Assembly: GCA_947306345.1 (NCBI GenBank)
Contig: CAMZGG010000002.1
Location: forward strand, 1-46,788
Length of the DNA: 46,788 nt
DNA from: an uncultured Bacillales bacterium
Lineage (GTDB): Bacteria > Bacillota_I > Bacilli_A > RFN20 > CAG-826
Reading direction: 5' to 3'
Shown here: positions 25,963-35,114 of the stretch, piece after piece
How the letters are laid out: the number at the start of each line of letters is the position of its first letter
Numbering within the stretch: the stretch's first letter is position 1
Notes under the pieces: model-generated
The model's database searches: none
What the model saw: the letters and a program-made list of their open reading frames with translations, nothing else
Told to the model about the DNA's origin: nothing
Position numbers and translations under genes: made by a program

Positions 25963-26518
25963 AGTTCTTTAAATCTTCTAAAATTTGCTCAGTGGGAAAA
26001 CCAATAATGTTGTTGTTACTGCCACTGGCTTTTTTTACTAATGGGAATTTGTCATTATCTTGTATGCCATACGCTCCCGCTTTATCCATTGGGGAACCAG
26101 AAGCAATATAAGCATTAATTAGTTCATCACTTAATTCGTTAAAGATGACGCTGCTTTTAGCGATGCCTTGCACTAACTTATCACCTTGCTTAAGAGCATA
26201 ACCAGTGTAGACGTAGTGCTCTTTGCCCGATAATTCTCTTAAGATCTTATAGGCATCTTCTTTATCTTTTGGTTTACCGATAATCTCGTTACCTAAGACC
26301 ACAACAGTGTCTGCGGCAATGACTAAATCATCGTTATGTTCTTTAGCGACTTCCAAGCACTTACGTAACGCAATATCTTTTACAATCTCTCTTACATCAG
26401 TGTGATTCTTAAAAGAAAGAGATTCATCAATATGCGGAACAACAACCACAAAAGAAGAGGAAATTTCTTTCCTCATTAATTCTTTTCTTCTTGGTGATGC
26501 ACTCGCTAAAATAATCAT
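25952..26518 (-). CDS. maf: Maf-like nucleoside triphosphate pyrophosphatase
   Basis: ILASASPRRKELM N-terminus, ..DTVV.. and ..KAGAYGIQ.. motifs. Confidence 0.9.
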   Translation of the reverse strand: MIILASASPRRKELMRKEISSSFVVVVPHIDESLSFKNHTDVREIVKDIALRKCLEVAKEHNDDLVIAADTVVVLGNEIIGKPKDKEDAYKILRELSGKEHYVYTGYALKQGDKLVQGIAKSSVIFNELSDELINAYIASGSPMDKAGAYGIQDNDKFPLVKKASGSNNNIIGFPTEQILEDLKNFSL

Positions 26519-26519
26519 C

Positions 26520-28190
26520 TTAATTCTTTGTAAGAATTACAGGGATAATCATTGGATGAGAATGAGTTAATGTATACAAATAATTATCTGTAATATCTTT
26601 AATAATGCTCTTTAACTCCGCAAAGCTTGTCTTTGTTAAGAGTTTTTCTTTAATACCTTTTTCCACTAATTTAGCGCAAGCGTTGACGTTACGTTTACTA
26701 TGTGAAGCAACAACACCTTTTAACACAAATAGTGGGGCGTCAATTAATTGATTGTTATGGGAATCAATAGTAATAGCCACAACGACCATACCATCGCCAG
26801 TTAAAATACGTCTATCGGCCATAACTGCATCAGCTAAGCCCTTAATATCTTTACCATCGATATAGGTATTACCATGCTCCACTGGATAACCACGAGAAAT
26901 CTTACCTTTACTTAAAGTTAAGCAATCGCCATTATCTAAGATGAAACTATGATCTTCAGGAATGCCGACTTCTTTAGCAATCTTAGTGTGAATTAATAGC
27001 ATTCTATATTCACCGTGCACCGGCATAAAGTATTTAGGCTTAAATAATTTTAAGACCAATCTTAATTCTTGCTTAGATGGGTGACCAGAGGAGTGGATAT
27101 CATTAAGAATGGAGTTAGTGACAACATCCGCGCCACATCTTGTTAATTGGTTAACAACGTGGTCAATCATAATGCCATTACCTGGAATAGCAGAGCTAGA
27201 GAAGACAACAGTATCACCTGGGGCAATATGAATATCTTTATGTTCGCCGTTAGCAATTCTACTTAAAGCGGCCATTGGTTCACCTTGTGAACCGGTACAA
27301 ATAACAACGATTTGATTACTCTTAAAGTCTTTAATCTTTTCTGGTTCGATAATCATATCGTCTGGAATCTTGATGTAGCCATAGCCACGAGAAATATCCA
27401 TGGCCTTTTCCATGCTTCTACCGATAATCACAATCTTACGATTATATTTAGCAGCGACTTCACAGATTTGTTGAATACGGGAAATGTTAGAAGAGAAGGT
27501 AGAAACAATTAATCTACCAGCTGCTTTAGAGAAGACATCATCAATAGCGTCTAAAACGTTCTTTTCACTTGGTGTATAGCCTTCGTTTTCCGCGTTAGTG
27601 GAGTCACTTAATAATAAATCAACGCCTTCTTGGCCTAACTTAGCCATCTTGGTGAGATTGATATCTGGACCAATTGGAGTTAAGTCCACTTTAAAGTCAC
27701 CAGTGGTGACAATTCTACCTTCAGGAGTATCCACGACAATACCAAACGAATCTGGGATGGAGTGGGTCACTCTAAAGAAGGAAACTTTAAAGCTACCAAC
27801 ATTAACAACTGTGTCATCAACATATTCCACAAGTGGAAGTCTATCAGACATACGACTTTCTTCCATTTTGCTTCTTATTAATGCCGCCGCTAATCTTGGA
27901 GCGTAAATCACTGGAATATTTAAGCTTTGAATTAAGAAAGGAATACCACCAATATGGTCTTCGTGACCATGTGTAATAAACAAGGCTTTGACTTTGTTAC
28001 GGTTGTTTTTCAAATGTGTGAAATCTGGGACGACATAGTCAATACCAGGGAATTCGACACCAGGAAAACGCACACCACAGTCGATGATGATAATAGTTTC
28101 TTCATTTTCAATGCAGTACATGTTTTTACCAACTTCGCCTAAACCACCAAGGGCATAGATAGAAATTGGCATAGAAATAGTCTTATCCAT
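26520..28190 (-). CDS. rnj: ribonuclease J
   Basis: Beta-lactamase/beta-CASP motifs (ALGGLGEVGKN, HGHEDHIGG, ..HSSGH..). ATG at 28190 has AAAGGAG 5 nt upstream and is preferred over the track start at 28205. Confidence 0.93.
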   Translation of the reverse strand: MDKTISMPISIYALGGLGEVGKNMYCIENEETIIIIDCGVRFPGVEFPGIDYVVPDFTHLKNNRNKVKALFITHGHEDHIGGIPFLIQSLNIPVIYAPRLAAALIRSKMEESRMSDRLPLVEYVDDTVVNVGSFKVSFFRVTHSIPDSFGIVVDTPEGRIVTTGDFKVDLTPIGPDINLTKMAKLGQEGVDLLLSDSTNAENEGYTPSEKNVLDAIDDVFSKAAGRLIVSTFSSNISRIQQICEVAAKYNRKIVIIGRSMEKAMDISRGYGYIKIPDDMIIEPEKIKDFKSNQIVVICTGSQGEPMAALSRIANGEHKDIHIAPGDTVVFSSSAIPGNGIMIDHVVNQLTRCGADVVTNSILNDIHSSGHPSKQELRLVLKLFKPKYFMPVHGEYRMLLIHTKIAKEVGIPEDHSFILDNGDCLTLSKGKISRGYPVEHGNTYIDGKDIKGLADAVMADRRILTGDGMVVVAITIDSHNNQLIDAPLFVLKGVVASHSKRNVNACAKLVEKGIKEKLLTKTSFAELKSIIKDITDNYLYTLTHSHPMIIPVILTKN

Positions 28191-28250
28191 AGCGGCTCCT
28201 TTCATTATTATGTTTGAAATCTTTATTTATTATAGCAAATAATAATAAAA

Positions 28251-28799
28251 CTAGATAAGTTCTTCGTTCATAAGTTGAACATTTGGTTTGTTCTTGTCAA
28301 TACGGTCATAGAAGAACAATCCGTCGAGATGATCGTATTCATGTTGTAAAACAATCGCGTCAAAACCTCTCGCAGTAATGACGACTTCTTGATTAGTTAA
28401 TGCGTCAAACGCTTTCATCTTAATCTTGTAATAGCGATGCGCATAGCCAGGATGTTCACTATCAACAGATAAGCAGCCTTCACCATCTTTTAAAGCGCAC
28501 TTCCTAATGGAATATTCGATAATCTTTGGATTAACGAGTTGGTATTGAACTAAATCTTCACCTTCTCCGTAATAGATGACAAACATTCTCTTAAGAAGAC
28601 CAATTTGAATAGCCGCTAAACCAATACCTGGACGGATATTGTGTTTCTTCGCGTAATCTTCATCTTGTGATTTCTTTAAATAGTCGAGCATCCAATCCAA
28701 GGTTTCTCTATCTTCACTAGAAAGAGGGAAGTCCACTGGAAGGGACTTTTTCTTCATAATTGGGTTGCTATCTTTAATGATTTTGAACTTCATAGGCAT
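28251..28799 (-). CDS. def: peptide deformylase
   Basis: Motifs GIGLAAIQ, EGCLS and HEYDHLDG. Confidence 0.95.
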   Translation of the reverse strand: MPMKFKIIKDSNPIMKKKSLPVDFPLSSEDRETLDWMLDYLKKSQDEDYAKKHNIRPGIGLAAIQIGLLKRMFVIYYGEGEDLVQYQLVNPKIIEYSIRKCALKDGEGCLSVDSEHPGYAHRYYKIKMKAFDALTNQEVVITARGFDAIVLQHEYDHLDGLFFYDRIDKNKPNVQLMNEELI

Positions 28800-28864
28800 A
28801 TACTAACACATCTATCGACATAAATAAAGTTTATGTCAGACGAATAATTGTATATAATAAGTGC

Positions 28865-29239
28865 ATGGTTAGCAACATTTATTTACTGGCTGGTGAATTA
28901 AAAGATTTATTGGATAATGATGAACGAATTATCCGTTTAAATAAATTAGAAAAGCAAATGAATGAAAATGAGGAAGTCATGGCGCTTTCTTATCAAAAAG
29001 ATTTAGCGGTCTCTGCCTATAGTGACGCTCTTAATCATTACGCTAATAACTCACCAGAAATTAAGAAATATCAACACGAATTATTTGTCAAAAAAGAGGC
29101 TCTTGATAACCATCCTTTAGTCAAGGAATATCTCAAGGCTTATAGTGAAGTTAGAGACCTCTATTTTCAAATAAATGAAATCTTATTCAATGATTTATCA
29201 TTGCATCAACACGAAAAGAGGGCTTCAAAATGCGAATAG
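28865..29239 (+). CDS. YlbF/YmcA-like small helical protein
   Basis: 124-aa helical protein upstream of rsmD-coaD, as ylbF is in Bacillus. Weak motif similarity only. Confidence 0.45.
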   Translation: MVSNIYLLAGELKDLLDNDERIIRLNKLEKQMNENEEVMALSYQKDLAVSAYSDALNHYANNSPEIKKYQHELFVKKEALDNHPLVKEYLKAYSEVRDLYFQINEILFNDLSLHQHEKRASKCE

Positions 29240-29775
29240 TGGGTGGAAAATATCGTCATCGTTTAATCGTTTTTCCTGATGATATGGAACATACAAGACC
29301 GACCAAAGACCGTATCAGAGAAGCGATATTTTCAGCGTTAAATAATATCGATAATTTTAATGCTTTAGACCTTTATGCCGGTAGTGGTGCGATGGGTTTA
29401 GAAGCCTTATCTAGAGGCGCTAAATTTTGTGCGTTCGTCGATGTCTCTAATCTCGCTATTAAAGTAATTAAGGATAATATAAATAATCTAAAGATTAATG
29501 ATAATGAATATCAAATTATCAAAGATAAAGATGTCAATGCCTTAGAACAATTTAAAAACAAAGGTCAAAAGTTTGACTTAGTGTTTTTAGATCCGCCTTA
29601 TGAACAAGGCCAATATCAACAAATCGTTGATTTACTTATATCTAAGGATTTATTAAATGAAAACGCGATTATTGTCATCGAGGCTAATCGTAATGTGAAC
29701 TTAGAAAATATTGAATATAATAAGAAGAAAGAATACCATTATGGAGAAATAAAGGTCTTCATCTATTGGAGGTAA
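29230..29775 (+). CDS. rsmD: 16S rRNA (guanine966-N2)-methyltransferase
   Basis: RIVGGKYR N-terminus, RPTKDRIREAIF, DLYAGSGAMGLEA and FLDPPY motifs. Confidence 0.9.
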   Translation: MRIVGGKYRHRLIVFPDDMEHTRPTKDRIREAIFSALNNIDNFNALDLYAGSGAMGLEALSRGAKFCAFVDVSNLAIKVIKDNINNLKINDNEYQIIKDKDVNALEQFKNKGQKFDLVFLDPPYEQGQYQQIVDLLISKDLLNENAIIVIEANRNVNLENIEYNKKKEYHYGEIKVFIYWR

Positions 29776-29777
29776 CC

Positions 29778-30239
29778 ATGAAAGTTGCAATTTATCCAGG
29801 AAGCTTTGATCCAATTACTAACGGTCATTTAGAAATTTTAAAAAGAGCCCTTAATATCTTTGATAAGGTTATTATGCTCGTAGCCTATAATGACCAAAAG
29901 AAGGCAAGATTCACTCCTGAAGAAAGAGTGGCGATGATTAAGGAAGCAGTTAATGACCCACGTGTGGAAGTTGATAGTTCCACTGGCTTAACTGTGGAAT
30001 ACGCTAAAAAGCATGGCGCGAATCACTTAATCCGTGGCTTAAGAGCGGTTACTGACTTCGAATATGAATTCTCTTTAGCGTCTGCTAATGACTTTATTGA
30101 TTCTTCTATCGATACAGTGTTCTTGATGAGTAAAGCGGAAAAGTCCTTCATCAACTCTTCGATGATTATGGAACTATATCAAAGTGGTGTGGATGTTTCT
30201 TCCCTTGTTCCCGCTTCGGTTCTTAAAAGATTAAAATAA
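29778..30239 (+). CDS. coaD: phosphopantetheine adenylyltransferase
   Basis: MKVAIYPGSFDPITNGH. GGAGG lies 4 nt upstream of the ATG at 29778. The track start at 29766 is unlikely. Confidence 0.95.
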   Translation: MKVAIYPGSFDPITNGHLEILKRALNIFDKVIMLVAYNDQKKARFTPEERVAMIKEAVNDPRVEVDSSTGLTVEYAKKHGANHLIRGLRAVTDFEYEFSLASANDFIDSSIDTVFLMSKAEKSFINSSMIMELYQSGVDVSSLVPASVLKRLK

Positions 30240-30240
30240 A

Positions 30241-30963
30241 TTATTTTAAATAGATTAATGACACCAGTCTTCCCACTGGTGTTTTTAAATATGCAGAATA
30301 GAATCTATCATCACTGACAGTGTCATAGTCAGAAACAACGATTTGTGAGTCTTTAACGCCTAACTTACGTAAATCCATCACATTAGCGAGTCCGTTATCA
30401 AAATGACCGTCTTTGATGGCTAATTTAAATCCTGCTTCAATAATTGTGTCTTTGGCTATTTCATCAACGACGAATGACTTTGGTTGACGGAATGGGCCAA
30501 TAAAGAATTTGAAATCTTTTATATTTAATTTTTCATTATTAATAATTTCATTAATAGCTTTATAGGCGACATGTTTCATCGTACCTTTAAAGCCAGCGTG
30601 AACAATGCCCACTAAGGAAGCCTTTTCGTTAATAAAGAAGATAGGAACACAGTCTGCATGGAAAATGCATAGAGGAACGCCTTTTTCATATGTATATAAG
30701 GCATCACATTCCATACCATCTTCAAAACTATCTTTACCTTTACCGAAATCACTAGGGGTGACTTTCATCACTTTGTCGCTATGAGATTGATGCACATAAG
30801 TAAATCTATTAGGAAGAATAAAGAGAAGTTCCGCTAATAGGTTACGGTGTTCTTTAACATCTTTTCCTTCATCAACTTGATAAGCAAGGTTACCTAAAGC
30901 TGTAGTAGTGGTTAAAGCCACACATTGTTCACTTAATGGATGTTTAACAAATAATTCTTTCAT
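30241..30963 (-). CDS. pgeF: purine nucleoside phosphorylase/laccase-domain protein (YfiH/PgeF family)
   Basis: HSDKV, FHADCVPIF and VHAGFKG motifs. The start at MKELFVKHP (30963) avoids overlap with the upstream gene, which ends at 30999. Confidence 0.82.
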   Translation of the reverse strand: MKELFVKHPLSEQCVALTTTTALGNLAYQVDEGKDVKEHRNLLAELLFILPNRFTYVHQSHSDKVMKVTPSDFGKGKDSFEDGMECDALYTYEKGVPLCIFHADCVPIFFINEKASLVGIVHAGFKGTMKHVAYKAINEIINNEKLNIKDFKFFIGPFRQPKSFVVDEIAKDTIIEAGFKLAIKDGHFDNGLANVMDLRKLGVKDSQIVVSDYDTVSDDRFYSAYLKTPVGRLVSLIYLK

Positions 30964-30998
30964 ATACATATAGTATAAAAGAAAAACCGCATAAGCGG

Positions 30999-31850
30999 TT
31001 AGTTCTTCATGAGTTTTCCAAACTTGTCGGTGTGTGACCAACAGTTCTTTAATGTACGTGCTCTTTCAAGATCTGTAGAACCTTCAACGGAGAAGATCAC
31101 GTCACTTAAGCCTGCGACTTTTTGATTGTCCTTTAATGGATTGTCTTCACTGAAGTCGAAGTACATAACGAGTGGAGCACTCATTGGGCAAGCATCTGAA
31201 TTATCGGAAATGAATGCACTTTCGTAATCAGCAACTTTGTAGCCTCTATTCACAGCGTAGTATGTTGTTTCTAAGTAGTTGCTGCTAGCCATTGTTTCGA
31301 ATAAGGTGTAGTGGTTTGTCCAAACTTCATCGAATAAGTTGATTTCTTCGTTGTCAACATCAACTGTGGAGTCAACGTAGATGGTGTGGAGTCTGAATTC
31401 ACCTTTTAATGCATCTTTATTGATACCAACGAATTCTTGGTCTTTTGCAGCCCATTTATCTTTGAATGTTTTTAAGCCGCCGTATAAATCTTTACTGCTG
31501 CTATCATCTTTAACAAAGGCAACAAAGAATCTTTCGCCATAAGTTGATTTGATTTTGTCAACGTTAGCATCTTCAACATATGTGAAGAATTCATCAACCT
31601 TGGATTTGCCAACATATTTACCATCTGGGACAACGTTAGCATCTTTTAAATCTAAACGATATCTTGTGAGGAATTTGTTTGCGTTATCACTTTCATCGAA
31701 CCAGCTACTCACACCTTTAATAATGTGTGGAATAGAGAAGATGACTGCGAAGATGGCACCAACGATTAATAATGGTTGGATCCATGCTGTTTCTTTAATC
31801 CAACGGCCGATTCTCGCGAAAAATCCACCGATTGCTCTTAATACTACCAT
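30999..31850 (-). CDS. single-pass membrane protein with extracytoplasmic domain, unknown function
   Basis: Strong AGGAGG RBS. One N-terminal TM helix (WIQPLLIVGAIFAVIFSIPHII). No recognisable motif. Confidence 0.6.
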   Translation of the reverse strand: MVVLRAIGGFFARIGRWIKETAWIQPLLIVGAIFAVIFSIPHIIKGVSSWFDESDNANKFLTRYRLDLKDANVVPDGKYVGKSKVDEFFTYVEDANVDKIKSTYGERFFVAFVKDDSSSKDLYGGLKTFKDKWAAKDQEFVGINKDALKGEFRLHTIYVDSTVDVDNEEINLFDEVWTNHYTLFETMASSNYLETTYYAVNRGYKVADYESAFISDNSDACPMSAPLVMYFDFSEDNPLKDNQKVAGLSDVIFSVEGSTDLERARTLKNCWSHTDKFGKLMKN

Positions 31851-32049
31851 GTTATAAGCCTCCTATATTTACATATAGCGTGATAATCTTATCACTCAAT
31901 ATTTTCGATTTCAATAACAATTGTTAATCAATTGTGTTTTGATCAATGCCCACTTAGGGTGCGCAACGTTTTCCATTATACTAGAAAAAATGCACTTAAC
32001 AATCATATTTTGTTGTTTTTTCTAAAACAAGGTATACAATAATGTCGCG

Positions 32050-33093
32050 ATGATTAAAACAAAGACAGAACGCATTAAAAAACAAATTGAAAACTTCTTG
32101 TTCGATCACTATATCTTTAAAACCGTTTTAGAGTACCTCGGCGGCTTTTTTATTGCTGCAGTAGCGGCTTTAATTTTCGCCTTTGGTTTCTCTTGCTTTA
32201 CATCTCCTGCTACCGAGGACGGATTCGTTCTTGCTACTGGTGGTGTATCTGGTATTTCTCAAGTTATCGCGTTATGCATTGAATTTATCACAGGCAAGCC
32301 AGTAGGCGCTAACGTAGTGCAAGCGATTGGCTACTCTTTGTTAAACGTGCCTTTATTAGTCTTTAGTTTCTTAAAGCTTGGTAAACGTTTCTCATTATTC
32401 ACCGCGATTAATGTTGCGTTATCATCTATATTTATTTGGATATTCTCACAAAACCATGTTGGTCAAACAGTGGCGGAATTTTCATTCAACGATAGTGCAG
32501 AAGGCATCATGACTTATATTAATCACCCACTCAATACCATCCTAGTGCGTGTCATCTTTGCGGCTATATGTACAGGCTTAGCTAGTGCGCTCGCTTTCGT
32601 AGGTGGTATTTCATGTGGTGGTATTGATATTGTTTCCTGCTATATTGCCACTAGAAAATCAACTCAAATTGGTAAATATGGTGTCATCATTAATGCCTTT
32701 ATCGTTACAACCTACGCTTTACTAAAAGGTGTGCAGACTGGAAACTATATTTATTCCTTATATTCTATCTTCTTCTCCATCATCTATTTGATGCTTGTGG
32801 GTCTTATTATTGACGCTATTAATTTAAGGAATAAGAAAATGCTTATTCAAATCATTACCAGTAAGGTTCATATGCCAGAGATTATTATTGCTAACTTCCC
32901 ACACTCAGCAACGATAATTAATGGACATGGTGCTTATTCTGGTGCAGAAAAGATCGTTCTTTGGATGGCGGTTTCTTCTGGTGAAACAAAGAAAGTTGTT
33001 AATGTTGCTAAGAAGGTTGATGAACACGCCTTCATCGCCGTCACACCGCTCAAACAAGTGTATGGTAACTTCTATATCAAACCACTTGAATAA
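32050..33093 (+). CDS. YitT-family membrane protein (with C-terminal DUF2179-like domain)
   Basis: Five to six TM helices followed by the soluble C-terminal domain ..HSATIINGHGAYSG...VVS..E.., typical of the YitT family. Confidence 0.75.
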   Translation: MIKTKTERIKKQIENFLFDHYIFKTVLEYLGGFFIAAVAALIFAFGFSCFTSPATEDGFVLATGGVSGISQVIALCIEFITGKPVGANVVQAIGYSLLNVPLLVFSFLKLGKRFSLFTAINVALSSIFIWIFSQNHVGQTVAEFSFNDSAEGIMTYINHPLNTILVRVIFAAICTGLASALAFVGGISCGGIDIVSCYIATRKSTQIGKYGVIINAFIVTTYALLKGVQTGNYIYSLYSIFFSIIYLMLVGLIIDAINLRNKKMLIQIITSKVHMPEIIIANFPHSATIINGHGAYSGAEKIVLWMAVSSGETKKVVNVAKKVDEHAFIAVTPLKQVYGNFYIKPLE

Positions 33094-33112
33094 AATTAAC
33101 CTATATTAGATA

Positions 33113-33148
33113 AAAAAATAACCTAGCCAACTCGCTAGGTTTTTTCTT
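33113..33148. terminator. bidirectional terminator between yitT-like gene and tRNA-Ser(CGA)
   Basis: Stem ACCTAGC/GCTAGGT, flanked by A7 on the left and T6 on the right. Confidence 0.85.
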
Positions 33149-33152
33149 AATT

Positions 33153-33243
33153 TGGCGGAGGGAATGGGATTCGAACCCATGCGAGACTTGCGCCTCCTAG
33201 CAGTTTTCGAAACTGCCCCCTTCAACCGCTTGGGTATTCCTCC
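33153..33243 (-). tRNA. tRNA-Ser (anticodon CGA), CCA encoded
   Basis: Reverse complement is GGAGGAA-TA-CCCAAGCGGTTGAAGGG; anticodon stem GCAGT/ACTGC with loop TTCGAAA; long variable arm; T-arm ATGGGTTCGAATCCCAT; ends ..CCTCC-G-CCA. Confidence 0.9.
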
Positions 33244-33342
33244 GTAAGTGTAATTATACCAAAAGTTTGACCAATTGAAACTTTATTTAATTGAATTTGG
33301 ACATCTAGTCAAATTCATTCAACCAAAGTATAATAGACAGGT

Positions 33343-35109
33343 ATGGAGTGGTTTAATTTTAACAACATCCAGTTCAAATCATTCTTCATCATCACATTAG
33401 TGTTGGTGTTTTTTACGATTGGTTTGTTAGTGACTTTCTTCCTTTCCACAAACAAAGATAAAGGTTATGACAACCGTATCCAAGCGGAAGCCACAACACT
33501 CAGAATTTACATTATTGATCCAAAGAATAATTCCGTTGTTTATTTCAACCGTTCTGACTTAAGAAACAAGAAAAAAATCGACATTAATTCTTTCTATTCT
33601 CATTTCCACGCTAACGACATTGACAAGGTCAAATCCTGGATTTTTGACATCTGTACTGACTATAGAAATGCTGATAAATATGTTGAAGCAGACGTCCTTC
33701 TTAACCATGGTCGTAGCACATATTTCTCACTCCTAAAACTTCTCAAATACGATCCAAACGAAGGCATCATTCACTTAGAATCCTTCATCCTTAAATACAT
33801 CACACCAAACAACTCCACAAACAAAAAGAAGAAGAAAGCGCTCTTCACTGGTGTGGTTAAAAGAAGCACAATGGAATCCTTAATTCTTAAAGAAAAGAGC
33901 TTAAAGGGTTTCACTTTTGCCATTCGTTTCTACTATATTAGACAAAAATTCTTATCAAATGATAAGATTGAACGCTACATGATTATGACATTGAAAAACG
34001 CCATTTATCCATATGCCAGTAATCCACGTGTCTCTAGACAAATCATCGATGGTGGTGAAAACGAATTATTACTATTTGATTTAAGAATCGCCAGTCGTGA
34101 TGAGGCTATGGTTCTAGCGACATCTATGGCGCATAACATTAAGAAGTGTATTGGTGTTAACGGCTTCGCCGATTCCATCAATTTCTCCATTGGTGTAGTG
34201 GAAAACGCTCAATACTACCAAGACTTCGATTCGATGGTGGTTAAAGCGCAAGAAGCGTGTATGTCCGCACAACATCACGGCCAAGAAATATTGCTTTACC
34301 AAAAGCAAGCTGCACCTCTTATTGAAATCGACCGTTATAGAGAAGAAGTCGAAAACCTTATGCGACCTAACTCTTTACGTTATTTGTTCAGACCAATCTT
34401 TGATGTCAATAAATGCAAAACCATTGGTTACTTCGAATACATCAAAGCGTATGACTCTCCATTTGCGTCTTTCGCAGAAATGAGCAAATACGCTGCGAAA
34501 GTGGGTAAGAGTAAAGACTTCTTTGCGATGATCTCCCGCTACGTTATTCCAAAGTTTGCTAGTGAAAAACAAGAAGATGATTTAAGATTGTTCATGCTCG
34601 TATCTTTACAAGATATCGACCACATGTATGAGATTTTATCTCAAATCCCACAAAGCAAAACCATCCATCTTGTTCTTGTGTTTAATGAACAAGAGATTAA
34701 CGAGAACGCTTCTAACTTGGAATTATTAAACGATTCCCTTAAGAAGCTTAGAGGTGGTCACTTCGAACTCGCTATGTTAATGAAAGATAAGAACTTGTTA
34801 TTAGACCCAAGTGTCTATTACAACTTCGATTACTTCGTCGCTGGCTCGATGATGATTGGTGAAATTAAAAAGAATAATCGTGTACGATTATCAATTCACT
34901 CTCTCATCGAATCACTTCTCAAATACCATCGACCTATTATCGCCACCGATTTAGAAGGTTGGCAAGCAATAGAACTGATTATCAAATCAGGTGTGAGCAT
35001 CGTTTCTTCTGAAACAATCTCTTCTAGTAACGACATGCTCCTACCACTAGATAGAAAGAAGATTGAAAAGTTAATGACGATGGATAATACCCGTCGCCGA
35101 GGAGGATAA
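33343..35109 (+). CDS. membrane-anchored protein with degenerate GGDEF-like and degenerate EAL-like domains
   Basis: N-terminal TM helix. The middle region ends like a GGDEF domain (..INFSIGVVE....MVVKAQEACMSAQHHGQ) but has no GGDEF motif. The C-terminal region follows the EAL domain order (LRYLFRPIFDVNKCKTIGYFEYIKAY ... IIATDLEGWQAIELIIKSGVSIV), with the EAL, DDFG and EGVE residues substituted. Confidence 0.5.
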   Translation: MEWFNFNNIQFKSFFIITLVLVFFTIGLLVTFFLSTNKDKGYDNRIQAEATTLRIYIIDPKNNSVVYFNRSDLRNKKKIDINSFYSHFHANDIDKVKSWIFDICTDYRNADKYVEADVLLNHGRSTYFSLLKLLKYDPNEGIIHLESFILKYITPNNSTNKKKKKALFTGVVKRSTMESLILKEKSLKGFTFAIRFYYIRQKFLSNDKIERYMIMTLKNAIYPYASNPRVSRQIIDGGENELLLFDLRIASRDEAMVLATSMAHNIKKCIGVNGFADSINFSIGVVENAQYYQDFDSMVVKAQEACMSAQHHGQEILLYQKQAAPLIEIDRYREEVENLMRPNSLRYLFRPIFDVNKCKTIGYFEYIKAYDSPFASFAEMSKYAAKVGKSKDFFAMISRYVIPKFASEKQEDDLRLFMLVSLQDIDHMYEILSQIPQSKTIHLVLVFNEQEINENASNLELLNDSLKKLRGGHFELAMLMKDKNLLLDPSVYYNFDYFVAGSMMIGEIKKNNRVRLSIHSLIESLLKYHRPIIATDLEGWQAIELIIKSGVSIVSSETISSSNDMLLPLDRKKIEKLMTMDNTRRRGG

Positions 35110-35114
35110 ACATC

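Noticed and set aside
30999-31850. Thioredoxin-like or SecE-like identity for the 283-aa membrane protein
   Set aside because: There is only a vague pattern resemblance (FVAFVKDD.., basic N-terminus before the TM helix). No CxxC or other diagnostic motif is present, so it stays hypothetical.
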